Positions 60,515 to 64,000 of a stretch of 64,000 nt of DNA are shown piece after piece. How positions within the stretch are numbered: the first letter of the stretch is position 1; each line of letters opens with the position of its first letter. The notes under the pieces are model-generated. The model did not search any database. It saw nothing but the letters and a program-made list of their open reading frames with translations, and had not been told where the DNA came from. The position numbers and the translations under genes are program-made. The DNA comes from Negativicutes bacterium (GTDB lineage: Bacteria > Bacillota > Negativicutes > UBA1444): NCBI GenBank assembly GCA_963665275.2, contig CAXXIN010000019.1:64001-128000 (forward strand), given 5' to 3'.

Positions 60515-62350
60515 TCAGGCGCCTTCCGGACGGAAGAAGCGGAATACCGCCTGCGCTGCTGGCAGATTCATTCCCGGCGCCGCCGTCAGTTCTTCCACCG
60601 AAGCATTGCGAATCCGCTCGATTGTATTGAAATGCTTCCACAGCGCCTGTCGTCGTTTGGCGCCGATGCCCCGTACATGGTCCAGCACCGAGACCAGATT
60701 GCGCTTGGACCGCAATTTGCGGTGATAGCTTACCGCGAAGCGATGCGCCTCATCCCTGATCTGCTGCACCAGTCGCAGCGCCTCCGAGTGGCGTGGCAAC
60801 ACCAGCGGTTCGCTGATATTTTCACGAAAAATCTGCTCAAATTCTTTGGCCAGACCGATCACCGGAATATCTGCCAAGCCTACGCCGCGAATGACTTCAA
60901 GCGCCGAGGAAAGCTGTCCCTTGCCGCCATCGATGACGATGAGATCAGGCAGTGGCTCCTTTGCTTCGCGATAGCGTCGTAGCGTGACCTCCTGCATAGA
61001 GGCGAAATCATCCGGACTGCCTTCGACGGTTTTTAATTTGAAGTGCCGGTATTCGGATTTATCCGGCTCGCCGCCGGTGAAAACCACCATGGACGCGACT
61101 GTTTCCGCGCCTTGAATGTGGGATATATCGAAGCATTCAATGCGCTCGGGCAACGTAGCCAGCCCCAGCCTCTCCGCCAGCTCCTGCACTGCCGCCGAAC
61201 GCTTGCCGGCCAGTCCGGCTTCGCGTTCGGACCGCTGGCGTAGCGCTTCCGCCGCATTATCGCCGGCCAGCTGGACGAGTTCCCGCTTCGTTCCCCGTTG
61301 CGGCGTCAGCAGATGTACTGCCGCCGCCTTGCGCTCGCTCAGCCACGCGCTCAGCAGCTCTGTTTCCGGCAGCGTCGCCGGCGTCAAAATTTCTCGGGGA
61401 ATAAAGGAAGACTCGTTGTAATACAGCTTCACGAAAGCAGCCAAAACTTCGCCGTCCGACTCGGCCTCGCCGCCTGACAGCAGGAAGCGGTCCCGTCCAA
61501 TCATTTTGCCGCTGCGCACAAAAAAAACCTGCACGCAGGACTGCCCGCCGGATCGCGCCAGACCGAGCACATCCTGGTCACCGGCGCCGGTTACGATGTT
61601 CTGTTTTTCTACCACCTGCCGCACCGCCGCCAGCTGGTCGCGCAGACGTCCTGCCAGCTCGAACTTCATCTCATCGGCGGCGGCCAGCATCCGCCGTTTC
61701 AAATCTTTTTCCACGTCGGCCGACCTTCCCTCCAGGAACAGGCAGACGGTTTTCACCATTTCCCGATAAGTAACGGCGTCGATGAGTCCTGCGCAGGGAG
61801 CCATGCAGCGGTTGATATGGAATTCCAGGCAAGGGCGGCGCGACTCCATCGTGCGGCAGCTGCGCAGCGGAAACAGACGCCTCAGCAGCGCCAGCGTCTC
61901 ATGCATCGCGCCGGCGCTGGCATAGGGTCCATAATACTTCGCCCCATCCTTTTCCACTCGCCGGGTGGCATATACGCGCGGGAATTCCTCGTTCAAGGTC
62001 ACCTTGACGAACGGATAGCTCTTGTCATCGCGCAGACTGATATTGTAACGGGGCCGGTGTTTCTTGATCAGATTGCATTCAAGAATCAGGGCTTCCATTT
62101 CGGTCGCCGTAACGATGGTCTCGAATTGAGTAATCCGGGCCACCAACGCCTCGGTCTTCGGACTCAGGCCGCGCAGCTGAAAATAGGAACGCACCCGATT
62201 CTTGAGATTGACGGCTTTGCCCACATAAATGATCTTGCCTGCTGCATCCCGCATCAGGTATACGCCGGGCTTGTCCGGCAACAAAGCCACCTGGGCCGTC
62301 AGTTCCTCCCGGTGTTCATTGCCCGGGCCGCTTTTTTCATCGATGCTCAT
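60515..62350 (-). CDS. uvrC: Excinuclease ABC subunit C
   Basis: [39 protein letters not shown] and HhH. Confidence 0.98.
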   Translation of the reverse strand: MSIDEKSGPGNEHREELTAQVALLPDKPGVYLMRDAAGKIIYVGKAVNLKNRVRSYFQLRGLSPKTEALVARITQFETIVTATEMEALILECNLIKKHRPRYNISLRDDKSYPFVKVTLNEEFPRVYATRRVEKDGAKYYGPYASAGAMHETLALLRRLFPLRSCRTMESRRPCLEFHINRCMAPCAGLIDAVTYREMVKTVCLFLEGRSADVEKDLKRRMLAAADEMKFELAGRLRDQLAAVRQVVEKQNIVTGAGDQDVLGLARSGGQSCVQVFFVRSGKMIGRDRFLLSGGEAESDGEVLAAFVKLYYNESSFIPREILTPATLPETELLSAWLSERKAAAVHLLTPQRGTKRELVQLAGDNAAEALRQRSEREAGLAGKRSAAVQELAERLGLATLPERIECFDISHIQGAETVASMVVFTGGEPDKSEYRHFKLKTVEGSPDDFASMQEVTLRRYREAKEPLPDLIVIDGGKGQLSSALEVIRGVGLADIPVIGLAKEFEQIFRENISEPLVLPRHSEALRLVQQIRDEAHRFAVSYHRKLRSKRNLVSVLDHVRGIGAKRRQALWKHFNTIERIRNASVEELTAAPGMNLPAAQAVFRFFRPEGA

Positions 62351-64000
62351 GCTTCTTTTTTACGCTGCCCCGTTTTGCTATTTCCAGTAGTTTTGCTTCT
62401 GGCAGATTTTTTCACCGGAATCTCTGGCGCTTTTGCTGCAGGCAGTACCGGCTTCAGATATTGCCCGGTATAGGAGGCTTCCACCGTCGTCAGATATTCA
62501 GGTGTGCCCGAGGCAACAACGCGGCCGCCGCGCAGGCCGCCTTCCGGTCCGAGGTCGATCACATAATCCGCCCGTTTGATGACATCCAGATTATGTTCGA
62601 TGACGACGACCGTGTCACCGGCGTCCACCAAACGGTCCAGCACTTCCAGCAGGCGGTGCACATCCGCCACATGCAGGCCCGTGGTCGGTTCATCGAGAAT
62701 ATACAGGGTTTTCCCGGTGCTGCGTTTGGCCAGTTCGGTCGAGAGTTTCACCCGTTGCGCTTCGCCGCCGGACAGCGTGGTTGCCGGCTGACCGAGCTTG
62801 ATATAGTCCAATCCCACGTCATGCAGGACCTGCAGCTTCCGTTGGATTTTCGGCACGTTGGCAAAAAACTCCAACGCCTCCTCGACCACCATGTCGAGCA
62901 CCTGGGCAATATTTTTACCCTTGTAATGCACATCGAGGGTTTCGCGGTTATAGCGGGCCTCTTTGCATACTTCGCAGGGGACATAGACGTCCGGCAGGAA
63001 ATGCATCTCAATCTTGATCAGGCCGTCGCCCTTGCAGGACTCGCACCGGCCTCCCTTCACGTTGAAACTGAACCGGCCGGGCTTGTAGCCGCGCATCCGG
63101 GCTTCTGGCGTCTGACTGAACAGCTCGCGCACCGAGTCGAACAGTCCGGTGTAAGTGGCGGCGTTGGAACGGGGCGTGCGACCGATAGGAGACTGGTCGA
63201 TATCGATGATTTTGTCGATATACTCCGCGCCGCGGATCTCCGCATGCGCTCCCGGCCGGGTGCGGGTCCGGTAAACCTTCTGCGCCAGCGCCTTGTAGAG
63301 AATTTCATTCACTAGGGTGCTTTTGCCGGAGCCGGATACCCCGGTCACCGCTGTAAACAAACCAAGGGGGAACTTCACATCGATTCCCGCCAGGTTATTT
63401 TCCGTCGCGCCAAGGATCTCCACCCACTTGCCGTTGGCCTTGCGCCGGGTTTCCGGTACCGGGATGGACAGCTTGCCTGACAGGTATTGTCCGGTGATGG
63501 AAGCCTCGCAAGCCTGGATCTCTTCCACCGTTCCCTGCGCCACCAAATTTCCTCCGTGCACTCCGGCGCCTGGTCCGATGTCGATAATGTGGTCAGCGCT
63601 GAACATGGTTTCCTCGTCATGCTCCACGACCAGCAGAGTATTGCCGAGGTCGCGCAATTTTTTCAGCGCGTCCAGCAGTTTTTGGTTGTCGCGCTGGTGC
63701 AAACCGATGCTCGGCTCATCCAGAATATACAGCACACCGACCAAGCCGGAACCGATCTGAGTCGCCAGCCGGATGCGCTGAGCCTCCCCGCCGGACAGAG
63801 TGCCAGCGGCCCGGTCGAGCGAAATATAATCGAGTCCGACGTTCATCAGAAACCCCAATCGCGCGTCAATTTCCTTGCGAATTTGGACCGCAATGGCCTG
63901 TTCCCGTTCCGTCAGGTCCAGGTTCAGAAAAAAATCCCGGCTTTCACCGACCGTCATATGCGTGGTTTCCTGAATATTTTTGCCAGCGATTTTAACGGCC
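62347..64000 (-). CDS. uvrA: Excinuclease ABC subunit A (5' part outside the window)
   Basis: [28 protein letters not shown] zinc finger and a second LSGGEAQR. The frame is open to the window end. Confidence 0.98.
   Translation of the reverse strand, partial: AVKIAGKNIQETTHMTVGESRDFFLNLDLTEREQAIAVQIRKEIDARLGFLMNVGLDYISLDRAAGTLSGGEAQRIRLATQIGSGLVGVLYILDEPSIGLHQRDNQKLLDALKKLRDLGNTLLVVEHDEETMFSADHIIDIGPGAGVHGGNLVAQGTVEEIQACEASITGQYLSGKLSIPVPETRRKANGKWVEILGATENNLAGIDVKFPLGLFTAVTGVSGSGKSTLVNEILYKALAQKVYRTRTRPGAHAEIRGAEYIDKIIDIDQSPIGRTPRSNAATYTGLFDSVRELFSQTPEARMRGYKPGRFSFNVKGGRCESCKGDGLIKIEMHFLPDVYVPCEVCKEARYNRETLDVHYKGKNIAQVLDMVVEEALEFFANVPKIQRKLQVLHDVGLDYIKLGQPATTLSGGEAQRVKLSTELAKRSTGKTLYILDEPTTGLHVADVHRLLEVLDRLVDAGDTVVVIEHNLDVIKRADYVIDLGPEGGLRGGRVVASGTPEYLTTVEASYTGQYLKPVLPAAKAPEIPVKKSARSKTTGNSKTGQRKKEA

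Overview
Chromosomal segment of an anaerobic, GC-rich Firmicute, probably Negativicutes/Sporomusaceae-like. This assignment is inferred from the Bacillota-type gene order tsaEBD-groESL-guaA-pur, the CIRCE, PurR and PRPP-riboswitch regulation, and the lipoproteins. Most genes lie on the minus strand. Contents, left to right: an 11-subunit complex I (nuoA-D,H-N; no nuoEFG) preceded by a sigma54-driven Tat-lipoprotein DUF362 gene and a CoA-disulfide reductase-rhodanese; an OpuC-type ABC transporter; ferritin and an unannotated 57-aa ferredoxin; a FAD-linked oxidase whose 3' end is duplicated around a 3.7-kb AT-rich islet (MBL hydrolase, DUF362-4Fe-4S, ArsR, IS30 remnant); purECFMNHD under PurR boxes plus a PRPP (ykkC) riboswitch, with purH broken by two +1 frameshifts; a GAF-PAS-PP2C-kinase fusion; guaA; an accessory ArsS radical-SAM/TIGR04282/TIGR04283 cluster with DUF2769, DUF427, MsrAB, DUF1499 and a MerA-like flavoprotein; groESL; an ANTAR two-component operon; a DnaA-box cluster; tsaD-rimI-tsaB-tsaE, with tsaB apparently starting at CTG; alr; amidase/GerMN; nnr; acpS; Cof; ogt; a NitT/TauT ABC transporter; a HisC-like aminotransferase; rubredoxin; TPM; LemA; a putative di-heme membrane protein; uvrC; and partial uvrA. 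The best candidates for an undescribed system are the ArsS cluster (33.4-39.6 kb) and the headless complex I with its sigma54/DUF362/persulfide-reductase neighbours (0-12.6 kb). No CRISPR array, rRNA or tRNA was seen. Family assignments come from recognising motifs by eye, not from database searches.
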